Source: Calditrichales bacterium (GTDB lineage Bacteria; Calditrichota; Calditrichia; Calditrichales; J004). Taken from it: DNA of 64,000 nt. The translations under genes and the position numbers were made by a program. How positions within the stretch are numbered: the stretch's first letter is position 1; every line of letters starts with the position of its first letter. The notes under the pieces were generated by a model. That model was given only the letters and a program-made list of their open reading frames with translations. It did no database searches and was not told the DNA's origin. Of this stretch, positions 28,941-38,700 are shown one piece after another. The stretch lies in assembly GCA_965267575.1 (NCBI GenBank), contig OZ254086.1:32001-96000 (forward strand). Reading direction: 5' to 3'.

Positions 28941-29072
28941 ATAGATTTGCATTTTAATTTTTTTTGCAACAAATTTGTTGCATCTTAAATAATCAATGAA
29001 ATCAAATTTCTTCTTTACCAACATTTGCGGCCCTTTTCAGGGAAATAAACCTTAGTTAGGTGGGAGAGTTCA

Positions 29073-29234
29073 ATGAACAACATCATTATTCTAGTAGCAA
29101 TGGTAATAGTATTGATGGTCGGATTTAAAGGAGATGAAACGGAACAGGTTGCTCTACCACCATCCTCTGAGTTGCCTACTGTAGATGGAAATTCTTCCCC
29201 ACACTCATCTGACTTGCCAGATGATGGGCTGTAA
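29073..29234 (+). CDS. 53-aa secreted peptide 3 (MNNIIILVAMVIVLMVGFKGDETEQVALPPSSELPTVDGNSSPHSSDLPDDGL)
   Basis: Purine-rich RBS; hydrophobic N-terminus; two PxSSxLP motifs and a terminal DGL as in peptide 1; absent from the ORF track. Confidence 0.7.
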   Translation: MNNIIILVAMVIVLMVGFKGDETEQVALPPSSELPTVDGNSSPHSSDLPDDGL

Positions 29235-29320
29235 AACAACTATGGAATCTTAAGAGCTTTTATTTATTAGTTTAAATTAAATTATATATGTGTACATATA
29301 CGATTTAATTATATACGTCG

Positions 29321-29464
29321 CTACAGCACCCTATAATACTCCTTAATCTTCCGGGCCATGAGCTTGCGCCGTAGCTTCAGGAATTCAGCATAGTTTTCGA
29401 CGGCACGGTTTCCCATGCCACTGGGTATACAATTCATCTAAAAGTTTTCAAGCAGCTCGTCACG
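29321..29464 (-). repeat. diverged copy of the 3' end of the GmrSD-like gene
   Basis: Aligns base by base with 30761-30904, including the stop codon. Confidence 0.85.
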
Positions 29465-29779
29465 AGTGTTGATTCTGAGCTTCAATCCAATATGATTTGA
29501 TAAAAATGAAAAAACACTCATGCCGCTATACCTGCATTATAGTTCCCCGCAGGGAACTTTTATTTACACCAACGTTTCAATGCAACTATGTTCGATTAGC
29601 GCCAGTGCGCATTAACGGGGCTAAATCGTTCCAGCTACTATTATAAAAACCAGGGGCTTTGGTTCCACGCGTGGAACTTTCACTCACATTCAAATCTATG
29701 TTTTAAATAAACAAAAAAGTTACATGCATGTAACTTTGTCATTTAACCAAAAATCCCTCTCAAACTCTTCATCCGTATT

Positions 29780-29919
29780 TCGAGCCACAAAAGCGGTAAC
29801 ACGGAGCCGCCAATAACAACAATCGCGTCTTTTAACTCGCCAAGAATATGGAGTAACTCCACCAACACCGATTTGTTGGCTTCTACTTCGCGGTCTCCGT
29901 AGGCTGATTTGCTGTCCAT
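29780..29919 (-). pseudogene. N-terminal fragment of an AbiEii-like nucleotidyltransferase toxin
   Basis: MDSKSAYGDREVEANKSVLVELLHILGELKDAIVVIGGSV, overlapping the end of the AbiEi fragment; left end approximate. Confidence 0.55.
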
Positions 29920-30209
29920 TCCTGCTTGATTATCCTTTCATATAAAAAATTGGCGGCTTCTTCACCGCGTTCTTTGTTGCCTGCAAGGTCTAAGTACAAC
30001 TGTACACCTGAGACGACCGGAATGATATCGTAGTCGCACGATTGATAGAATACGCCTCTCACATAAGGTTTAAGCAATACAACGTTAGAGCCGCTGTCAA
30101 CGGCCTTTAAATCAAGCGCTTGTTTCTGGTCTTCAATATCGACTTCTATGTAGGCATGCATGCGTTTATATCGCGTATAGGATGCCACGCGAAAGTGGCA
30201 CGTGTGCAA
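29883..30209 (-). pseudogene. C-terminal fragment of an AbiEi-type (type IV TA) antitoxin
   Basis: VDSGSNVVLLKPY..GVFY..PVVSGVQLYLDL..KERGEEAANFL; N-terminal HTH missing. Confidence 0.7.
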
Positions 30210-30289
30210 CTAAGTCGAAAGAATATTAATCCCAATAGGTTTTTATGAAAGAAAGGTTCTCTGCAGAGAACCTTATAGCCCAAAACACT

Positions 30290-30394
30290 TTATAGTACTC
30301 TTTAAATCCTCCAGGTAATGAGCCTGCGCCGCACTCTATGCGGTGGGATACAAGTTCATCGCAACATTTCAAGCAACTCATCACGTTTAATGAT
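30290..30394 (-). repeat. heavily decayed, internally deleted copy of the GmrSD-like 3' end
   Basis: TATAGTACTCTTTAAATCCTCC..GAGCCTGCGCCG..GTGGGATAC..AGTTCATCGCAA..TTCAAGCAACTCATCACGTTT. Confidence 0.6.
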
Positions 30395-30483
30395 TTCAAT
30401 CCCCCTATAATTCGATTAAAAGAGTTCCACGCATGGAACTTTTCTGCGAAATCTTAAATGTTTCAATCTCAGTATGATTCGAT

Positions 30484-30615
30484 ATAATACGCCTTAATCT
30501 TCCGGGCCATTGGCTTACGCCGTAGCTCCAGGAATTCATCATAGTCTTCTACTGCGCGCTTTTCCATGCCGGTGGGGATGTAGTAGTTCATCTCAAAGTT
30601 TTCAAGAAGCTCGTC
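30484..30615 (-). repeat. diverged copy of the GmrSD-like 3' end
   Basis: Aligns with about 30772-30901, with small indels. Confidence 0.85.
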
Positions 30616-30760
30616 AACCCTTTGTCTGATCGAGATAGCTGCGTGGCCTATGGAAATAAAAAGTTACCTGCGGGTAACTTTAGATATTAGTTGCGAAGAA
30701 AAAGCCAAAAGAGCACATTGCAACGTGTTTCTTATAATCTTCATAGACAAATCGTTTTTA

Positions 30761-32557
30761 CTACAACACCCTATAATACTCTTTAATCTTCCGTGCCATA
30801 AGCTTGCGGCGTAGCTCCAGAAATTCATCGTAGTCTTCTACGGCGCGGTTTTCCATGCCGGTGGGGATGCAGTTCATCGCAAAGTTTTCAAGAAGCTCAT
30901 CGCGTTTCGTGATACCGCCGAATTTCAGACCACCGCCGTTGGTTTGATCGAGAATGGCTGTGAAATACTCTGAAGGAGCCTTATTGCCTATTGAGATATT
31001 GATCTCACTTTGCATTATGACATAATTTGCAATTTGGTTATAGCGGCCGCGTGTCAATCCAAACTGTTTTAAATAGGCTTTGGGGAAAATATGATGTACA
31101 TCGCCCTTGTGCGTTATAAGATCGTGAACCGTTATGTCTCGAGACAAGAAGCCTTTATCATTAAGCTTAACCTGGGCAGCAAGATAGGTATTAAAATAGG
31201 GACTGCTGGCAACGGATGAATTGAATTGCTGGGGCAATCCATGGTCCCAGAAAGCGTCGGAAAGCTCGGCACTTTCCACCTGCTCCAGATAGCTTTCAAA
31301 TCCTTTTTCATTAATCCTTCTAATATCATAATCCATGGATGACTCGGGAGACGCCGAATAGCGTCCTGTCAAGATTGAAATAACAAACCATTTACGCACA
31401 TACTTCTCAATGAGTGCCGCATCGTATTTCTTTTCACGGAGATGCAGGTATACGATATAGGCAAAATTCAAGGTCATTTGCGATCTGATCATTGATGCTT
31501 CGACAAAACCGGCGGAACGCAGGATCATGACAAAACGCTTAAAGTGCGTTTCATTCATGAAGTTAAAGATACCATGTTTCAGACGCTCGAATGATTCTTC
31601 AGCAATACTCTCTTCGTAGCCGCGGGTTTCGAAGTTACGGCCGGAAAGCAATGCAACAAGAACTTCCAATTGGCCGCGCTTAAATTCTGATGTAAAAGCC
31701 ACGCGCAGCATATCCGTATAGGAAGGATCGTACAGATCATCGTTCTCGTTTTTAAGCCACGCCATTTTGGGGAAGTATTCTGTTTTGACAAAATCCTTAT
31801 CCACTTCCACCAATTGAGAGTAAAATTCCGGAGCGATAGCCAAATGACAGAAGTAATCGATGCATTTACGCAATGTACTACCGCCATAGATCTCGTTGGC
31901 GGCAATCTTGGACATGGCAAAGTCCGCCTGACTGAGCACAACACCGGCTGAGTTAATCCGGATGAATATCTCGGTAACTGTTTCTATATCCAGATTAGAA
32001 TTAAGCTCAATTAGACCAATGGGATTATTAACAATGCCTTTAAGTGACTCTATACTTTCGTGAATGGCGTCATGATCGTCAATGGCGTTACGTTCACAAT
32101 AGGTGTTAACCATCTTCAGCAGCTTAAAGCCCGGTGTGAAAACGGACGCAATATCCGGTATCCAGGCTTTATCTTTTCGTATGGCCGGGTTAGACACTTC
32201 GAAACGTCTTTGTTGTGGGTGAAAGGCGATACGGATATGGACTCTGCGATAGTCTTTATTGATAACCTGCTGTCCCAGAAGGGTTGCCATTAACGCCGTA
32301 ACTCGCTGCTGTCCATCAATAAGAATTCTTTTGCCCGACGAAACAGTACCATCCTTGAGCTTAACATTGGGATTGCGCCAGGCGATAAGATAGCCTATAG
32401 GGTAGCCCTGGTAGAGTGAATCCATCAGGTCTCTGACTTTGGTGGAGCTCCATACAAAAGGACGCTGTATCTCCGGGATAGCAATCTCATTCGACTGGAC
32501 CCAGGTAAGCAATGTTTGAATAGGATGCTGGTTAACGGAGTATTGTTGGATGACCAT
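30761..32557 (-). CDS. GmrSD-like type IV restriction protein (DUF262 plus C-terminal HNH-like DUF1524)
   Basis: [40 protein letters not shown]. Confidence 0.85.
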   Translation of the reverse strand: MVIQQYSVNQHPIQTLLTWVQSNEIAIPEIQRPFVWSSTKVRDLMDSLYQGYPIGYLIAWRNPNVKLKDGTVSSGKRILIDGQQRVTALMATLLGQQVINKDYRRVHIRIAFHPQQRRFEVSNPAIRKDKAWIPDIASVFTPGFKLLKMVNTYCERNAIDDHDAIHESIESLKGIVNNPIGLIELNSNLDIETVTEIFIRINSAGVVLSQADFAMSKIAANEIYGGSTLRKCIDYFCHLAIAPEFYSQLVEVDKDFVKTEYFPKMAWLKNENDDLYDPSYTDMLRVAFTSEFKRGQLEVLVALLSGRNFETRGYEESIAEESFERLKHGIFNFMNETHFKRFVMILRSAGFVEASMIRSQMTLNFAYIVYLHLREKKYDAALIEKYVRKWFVISILTGRYSASPESSMDYDIRRINEKGFESYLEQVESAELSDAFWDHGLPQQFNSSVASSPYFNTYLAAQVKLNDKGFLSRDITVHDLITHKGDVHHIFPKAYLKQFGLTRGRYNQIANYVIMQSEINISIGNKAPSEYFTAILDQTNGGGLKFGGITKRDELLENFAMNCIPTGMENRAVEDYDEFLELRRKLMARKIKEYYRVL

Positions 32558-32560
32558 AAA

Positions 32561-33364
32561 CTAATTCCCTTTATTTATCCGCTTTTCGTTCTTCTCATAA
32601 AGCTCTTGTACAAGCTCAAGAGTTTCCTTTAACGTCTTGGCTGCCGTTTTTCTATCAATTGTTTTATAGCCATGGATAAGTGAACTCAGCTCAGAATAAA
32701 TATCATGCAACTTAAACCTTAATGCACCATATGATGTCGAATTTATTAGACGTCTGGGAGGATATTCTTTATAGAAATCCCTATCAGAGCCTGTTTGTTT
32801 TATTTTTCCAACCCTGGCTCCAATATCCCGCATAGCTGTTTCAAGTATTGTCCGACATAATGCATAGACCGCATTATTACTTTGGAAAGCATAACAGCGC
32901 CTAGCTTCAGAAACATAACTTCTCACACTTGAAGGAATATCAATAGGGGAAATAAGAACGCCGATTTCAATCAGGTCTTCAGCGTAACCATATGGACCAA
33001 ACCATGAGTATAAATCTTCAACAATATCTTCTAGCTCAAACAGATCATAATTATTTAGATCATATTTTTCTTCATTCATGGAATATAGACTTTGATAAAT
33101 CTTGTCACCTAGAAAGTCTTCATTATTTACTATCCTTTTAAGAAAAGTTCTTTCACTTTTATCCAGCAATGAAATGGTATCAAAATAAGCGAATTCTTTT
33201 CGAAAATCTCTTTTTGCGATAACAAAATCGCCTGAAATAATAAAAATATGTTTCAGATCCTTAGGGTTATTTTCACCTGAATTTAAAATTCTTTTATAGG
33301 CTTGTTGAATCTTAGAATCACTTTCAATAAGCTCATCTAATTTGTTTTTAAAAGTATTACCCAT
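32561..33364 (-). CDS. DUF4145/HEPN-like domain protein
   Basis: YVSEARRCY..NAVYALCRTILE..SSLIHG..ETLELVQELY. Confidence 0.55.
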   Translation of the reverse strand: MGNTFKNKLDELIESDSKIQQAYKRILNSGENNPKDLKHIFIISGDFVIAKRDFRKEFAYFDTISLLDKSERTFLKRIVNNEDFLGDKIYQSLYSMNEEKYDLNNYDLFELEDIVEDLYSWFGPYGYAEDLIEIGVLISPIDIPSSVRSYVSEARRCYAFQSNNAVYALCRTILETAMRDIGARVGKIKQTGSDRDFYKEYPPRRLINSTSYGALRFKLHDIYSELSSLIHGYKTIDRKTAAKTLKETLELVQELYEKNEKRINKGN

Positions 33365-33395
33365 AATAGATTTGCTATTTCATTGAAACGGAGGT

Positions 33396-35009
33396 TTACT
33401 TTACTATTTCAGATATTTTTGTGTCTAGCCATCTTACCCCATCTGCATTAAACCGATGCGGGTAAACAATTAAAAAAAGCATATAAAATATTGGAAATTC
33501 TTTTATCATTTCTGGTAAAGAATTTCCCTTGTTCTCGACAGATAATTCAAAAAATTCTTTCCATTCTTGTCGCGGTTTAAAAAATACGCTTTTTAGTTCA
33601 CCTTGTTTATTTCTCCATCTATAAAAATCGTATTTATTCTCATATTCAAAATCTTCCTTAAGTATTTTCGAAATATCAGGCCATATTGATTTTAACCGTT
33701 GTTTCCATAACCTTCGCGTGAAAATATGTACTAACCCTTCTAATGTATATGAAACGCCATCAAAACTATCTTCCAATGGAATAAGTGTAAATTGAAATAA
33801 ATATGGCATATAATCTTCTGCTTGATAATAAGGATTTGGTTTAGCGGTTGGACTTCTCAATTGATTGGATTTACACAATTCGTTTATCAATGAAAACAAA
33901 TAAAAATCAGGTTTGGGAGTGGCATCTGTTTTTCTAAAAAACCAAAATGTAGATAAAAAATTAGGGACTGCTGCCTCGCCCCAAAAAATCATTTTCTTTT
34001 TATATTTATGTATAAAATCAAAAATAAACTTATCTAATTCGTCAGGTTTTATTCCCTCTGCCCTCCGCATAAACCATAGTACGCTCATTAAACTAACGAG
34101 TATGTTTGATCTAAAACCTAATATTGCTAAATCCGTTAATAAGCTACCTTCAATAATATTTTTTCTAATCTGCAGATCTTTTAATAAATCATATAAGGAA
34201 TCCTTGATAAGTACAAACGATATATCAATAGCATTTTTAATTTCATTTAATCGAATTCCATATTTTTCAGAAAAAGACATTGTATAGGAGATATAGATTA
34301 CCCATGCTTCAATTTCAGCATAGTAGTTCTTTTTATTTGAATAGTTTGACAAACACAAAGCACACAATAAAGCAGCACTTGATATGCGTCTTAAACACTC
34401 TGCTGTTGGAATTGCTTTCGCTTTATCTAAATCATATAAACTTTCAAAAAGCATTGATAGGTTTCTTTTATCAATCATTCCCGATCCATCATCGAGAAAG
34501 AATGACAAAAAAATGTTAAACTCGTTTAATTCAGAAGGCCATAAGTTATTTTCAAGGCTTGCTGCCATTTCTAAAAGTTCACCACGAACTATTGTATGTA
34601 GATGATAATTTACTCCTGTTAGTTCAGCCCAGCTACGGTTCAGATTATCAATAGCAATGGCCACTTCTTCTTCTATTTCACCATTTACGACCAAATAACA
34701 TCTTCGCGGTTCGGAACTATCTATTGATGGATGAATTGGAGGTTGAGTAACCAAATCTAAAACTTGAGCATTTAGATCTCTTCGCCACTGTCTAATGCCT
34801 ATTCTTCTGTTTTCTGCATTCTTTAGTTGATAAACACAAATAGTCCCTTCTCGATCTCTCGTAATTACATCCTTTCCAAGTTCCATTGCACTGTGGCGTG
34901 TAGAATGGATAATTGTTTCCCCCCTATTTGATAACATATAGCAAAAGGGTTTTTGGAAAGAGCGCTCGGATGCACTATCCAACCAGTTTTCGATTATTCT
35001 CTCTTTCAT
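33396..35009 (-). CDS. PD-(D/E)XK restriction-endonuclease-like N-terminus with a helical C-terminus
   Basis: ERSFQKPF..HSAMELGKDVITRD..VYQLK matches the D...QxK pattern of Mrr-like nucleases. Confidence 0.6.
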   Translation of the reverse strand: MKERIIENWLDSASERSFQKPFCYMLSNRGETIIHSTRHSAMELGKDVITRDREGTICVYQLKNAENRRIGIRQWRRDLNAQVLDLVTQPPIHPSIDSSEPRRCYLVVNGEIEEEVAIAIDNLNRSWAELTGVNYHLHTIVRGELLEMAASLENNLWPSELNEFNIFLSFFLDDGSGMIDKRNLSMLFESLYDLDKAKAIPTAECLRRISSAALLCALCLSNYSNKKNYYAEIEAWVIYISYTMSFSEKYGIRLNEIKNAIDISFVLIKDSLYDLLKDLQIRKNIIEGSLLTDLAILGFRSNILVSLMSVLWFMRRAEGIKPDELDKFIFDFIHKYKKKMIFWGEAAVPNFLSTFWFFRKTDATPKPDFYLFSLINELCKSNQLRSPTAKPNPYYQAEDYMPYLFQFTLIPLEDSFDGVSYTLEGLVHIFTRRLWKQRLKSIWPDISKILKEDFEYENKYDFYRWRNKQGELKSVFFKPRQEWKEFFELSVENKGNSLPEMIKEFPIFYMLFLIVYPHRFNADGVRWLDTKISEIVK

Positions 35010-35571
35010 GCCATTCTGCTTTTTTCTTAGATATTATTTGTGAGAATCTTTCTCTGACAGAAGGATCTTTTTCTAATTTCTGCAACTCATTATTAATTGA
35101 TTCGGCAATTTCAGGTCCAACAACCATCGTGGGCAGAAAAGGTTTACCATTTTTATCAAACTCAATAAAAATTTTTTTCAGCATTGCAAAAAAATCATCT
35201 ATAGAAAAGTTTCTTCCTTTTAAATCGAATTTATTTCCTGATTTGTCAGTCGTCTTACTTATCTCTTCAAACAAAAAAACACTTTTCTGCTTTGCCATTT
35301 CTTGTGCAATAGATTCAATCTTTTCTATTAAATCCTCAACGGTTAAATCTTCAACTCCTTCCAAAGGCGTTGTAACTTCAGCTTTGAATTCCTTTCTTAC
35401 GTTTTCATCTATTTCTCCATCTTCTCTTTTAATGGAAGATTTATGACCTTCCATTAAGATTTTCTGGGGTGCATCTGCTACAACTCCAGAATATTTTTTT
35501 TCTCGCATCTTAAGCGCTAAAAGTAACTGCTCTTTTAATTTTTCTTTAATTTTGGGGTAATCCGGTAGCAT
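34975..35571 (-). CDS. hypothetical protein coupled to the REase-like gene
   Basis: 198-aa ORF with a purine-rich RBS; overlaps the downstream gene by 35 bp. Confidence 0.6.
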   Translation of the reverse strand: MLPDYPKIKEKLKEQLLLALKMREKKYSGVVADAPQKILMEGHKSSIKREDGEIDENVRKEFKAEVTTPLEGVEDLTVEDLIEKIESIAQEMAKQKSVFLFEEISKTTDKSGNKFDLKGRNFSIDDFFAMLKKIFIEFDKNGKPFLPTMVVGPEIAESINNELQKLEKDPSVRERFSQIISKKKAEWHERENNRKLVG

Positions 35572-35718
35572 TTATTAAACCCTCTCTTCCCTTTGTGCTG
35601 CATCGTTCTTTATAGCCTGTCGACTAAATGATTCTGCCCCCACTCCATACCCTTTCTACACCAGCTTTATAATAAACGTATTTAATCTTGTTGTCACTAA
35701 CTTTTATGTTTAATCACA

Positions 35719-38700
35719 TTACTCCCCTTCTCCCCTATGCGCGGCCCGCGGGTCCCCCGGCGGTGGATCTAAACGGGTTTGATAGGGCTGCCCCGTACGC
35801 ATGGCTTCGGCCATTTCATCATAGATTTCCAAGATGACGCGTTTGGTGCGGTACTCGCCGTGGGCGGCTATGTCTTTGCGTTTGACGATGGGGAAGGTTT
35901 CCATGATGTAGTCGACATCATCCCGTTCGATGCCGTATAGATGAAAATAAGCTGCATCCAATTCGCAGCGTATAAGAAACCGGCGCTCTTCATCCCATAC
36001 AAAGGGGTAGCTACTAAAACCGCATTCTTTCGCCAAAGGCTTTATATCATATGCTGTATAAGACAATTCAATCACTCGGTCACACACCATATTCAGGTGT
36101 TGAACGCTATATGAAGCTGGAGTAATTGCCGGCAACTGTCGTAATAAGTAAAAGTTAATATTTGTACCACCTATTTTTGTCCGCGCCAAATAATCAAAAA
36201 CAAAAGTATTTAGGTTTTGCAATAAACAACACTCCAACTGACTATTCTTATCAGTATTAATTATAAATTCGCTGTCTCCGAGTCCTAATTTTGGGCAGAA
36301 TTTTGCAATAATGCTTCTTTCGTTAGTCGATGGACCAAATCTTCGATAGGATAACAACCAGTCTTTTTCAATTTGTGAGATTTCAGTCTGATTTACCCAG
36401 TAATTGGGTATAGGCAAAAAGCTTTCATCTTGATGCTCTGTTAAAGTAATTAATCTCGTTTCCCCGTTATCAGAATAAGTAGCATACCTATGGTCGAACT
36501 GGTGCATCATCTTCGCTTCATACAGTGGCAGGTATTTCTCATCTCCCTTGCAGAAAACATTGCCGCGCAGCTCCCAGCCATCTTCTTCCAGTTGCTCGCG
36601 GGTGCGGAAAAGGTGCGAATCATTGGACATATCAAACATACGGACAAACTTAATGCCCCATGGATTGCCGTCCGGGTCGTCTTCTTTGATCAGCACGGGG
36701 ACACGGCGGTAGATGCTTTTGGTCAGCTCAGCGTCGCGCTTGCTGCGGAAAATAGGACAGGTTTTGGTGTTGGGGTTGAGCAGTTCGATATCTTCGGCCG
36801 TCAGGGTAAAATGCTTCTCCGAATCACGCAGCTCTTCCGTGCCCTGGGCAAAAAAGACAAAATCGGCACCCTGCCGGGCCGGACGTTTTATGCCGCTCAT
36901 GGTCAGCAGACAAAACTTATAGCTGCGGTGGACCCCCTGAAAAATAGCCCTGCGGTTTTCAAAATCATACAGACTGTGCAGCATCGCCTTTTCCATCAGG
37001 TCCTGGAAGAAAAACTTGGTGGTGTCGTCGGTGGCAATACCGGAAGGCACAATACAGCCCACACGCCCTGTCGGATTGATGATGGTTCGCTTGGCTTCGG
37101 CAAACAGGGCATAGGTATTTACATCGCCCCGGCCCGTTAAAGCATACAGACCGCTGTCACGCACAAAATGGCTTTCTCCTTCAGCCTTACGCCGGTCTTC
37201 CAGGAATGCCCTGTACAGCGTCGGGTCTTCCGTCTGCAGTTCTGCAATCATCTCGCGGCGACGTGCGGCATTAGGCGCATCGGCAATATCCGGGCGGCGC
37301 GTGGCAAACCACTCTTTCTCCTGCAGTTTGATGCGCTCCCATGGCGGGTTGCCCAGCACCACATCAAAACCACCGATCCAGCCGGTCTCCTTATTGTCCG
37401 CCTGCTCGCCCGTGCCCGGCACATGGAACACATCGGGGAATTCGATATGCCAGTGGAAAAAACTGTATTGGTCGGCCAGGCGGTTTATCTCTTCATCCAG
37501 CCAGTCTGGTATAACTGCCGGCCGTTCCTGCACACGACGAAACACTTCATGGGTAATGGGATAGTCAAACTGCTTTGATTTCTTCCACACAAAAGCCGCG
37601 CACCAGGTATCGGCAATCAGCTTATTCAGAATGTAATCATCGGATGAGCGATGTTCGTTAAACAGAAAGCTTTTACGCGACACCGCTTCAAAGGAGTCAT
37701 CAGGCAGTGTATCGATATCCTGCACCGTGTCGGACAGGTTGCCGTACCGGAACCACAGGCCGGGTTCATGAAACAGACTTTTCTGACCCCTTTCGCGTTC
37801 CTGTTTGTTGCGTTTTTTATACTCGCTGCAATAGGCTCTGTTATCGCCTTCAATGGGTTTAAAGGCATCATCGGGAATACCCTTATTGATCAGGGCCGGT
37901 GTTGTGCCCAGCAGGCTGTTACCACACAGAATACGGTGATCCAGAAAGGAGAGCGGTTTGCCCGGTTCCAGCGCTTCCATCCACAGCCCCACCTTGCACA
38001 GCTCCACCGACATTTCATTGATATCTACGCCGTAGATACAGTGGCCGATGATATCACGCAGCGCTTTGCGGTTCTCTTCCGGCGCAGCTTCTTCATCGCC
38101 TGTGCGGGCAAAGGCCAGCTTACGGGCCATGCGGTGTGCCGCAGCAATTAAAAAATGTCCGCTGCCACAGGCGGGATCGCATATTTTTAAATCCAGGATG
38201 GCCTTTTCAGGATCGGCGTTTTTCAGTGCTTCATCCAGCACCGGGTCCAGCGCGGAATTCAGCAATTCACGGATCAGGCTGGTAGGCGTGTAATAGGAGC
38301 CGGTGGTCTTGCGCTCATGCCCGCCGGCCGTCTTAAGCTCAAAGCTGCCGCCTTCCGTGCTCAGTTCCGGGTGCAGCTCCAAAAGCGATTCATAGATGCT
38401 GCCCAATTCTTCCGACCCGGTGTTTTTAAAGTCCACCGGCCGCCGCACCCCACCATCTTGGATAAAGGCCAGCGCTCGGATGGCATCCAGGAAATCATGG
38501 TTGCGGATATCGGATTGCTCCAGGTGGGGAATGGTGGCATCGGAAAACAGGAAACTGCCCAGGGCCGGCAAAGCCAGTTCAGGACATCCGTCCGGATCAC
38601 TGAGCTTTTGCATCACCAGCTTCAGGCCGCGATAGAGATCGCTATTACGGGTGCCGCGCTGCCGTTGCGCCAGCCGCCGGAAACGCATGGTGGAATAGTA

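Larger units (their letters stand above)
29541..30681. repeat. seven related palindromes, consensus AAAGTT-NNN-YGCR-N'N'N'-AACTTT
   Basis: Copies at 29541, 29662, 29716, 30192, 30253, 30423 and 30660. Confidence 0.8.

Noticed and set aside
29015-29239. 74-aa minus-strand ORF from the track
   Set aside because: It is the antisense shadow of peptide 3, which has an RBS and the shared motif.
29541-30681. CRISPR array or classical integron attC array
   Set aside because: The repeats are not identical, spacing is irregular (about 50-480 bp), there are no cas genes, and the GTT..AAC orientation and short length do not fit attC; no integron integrase is recognisable.
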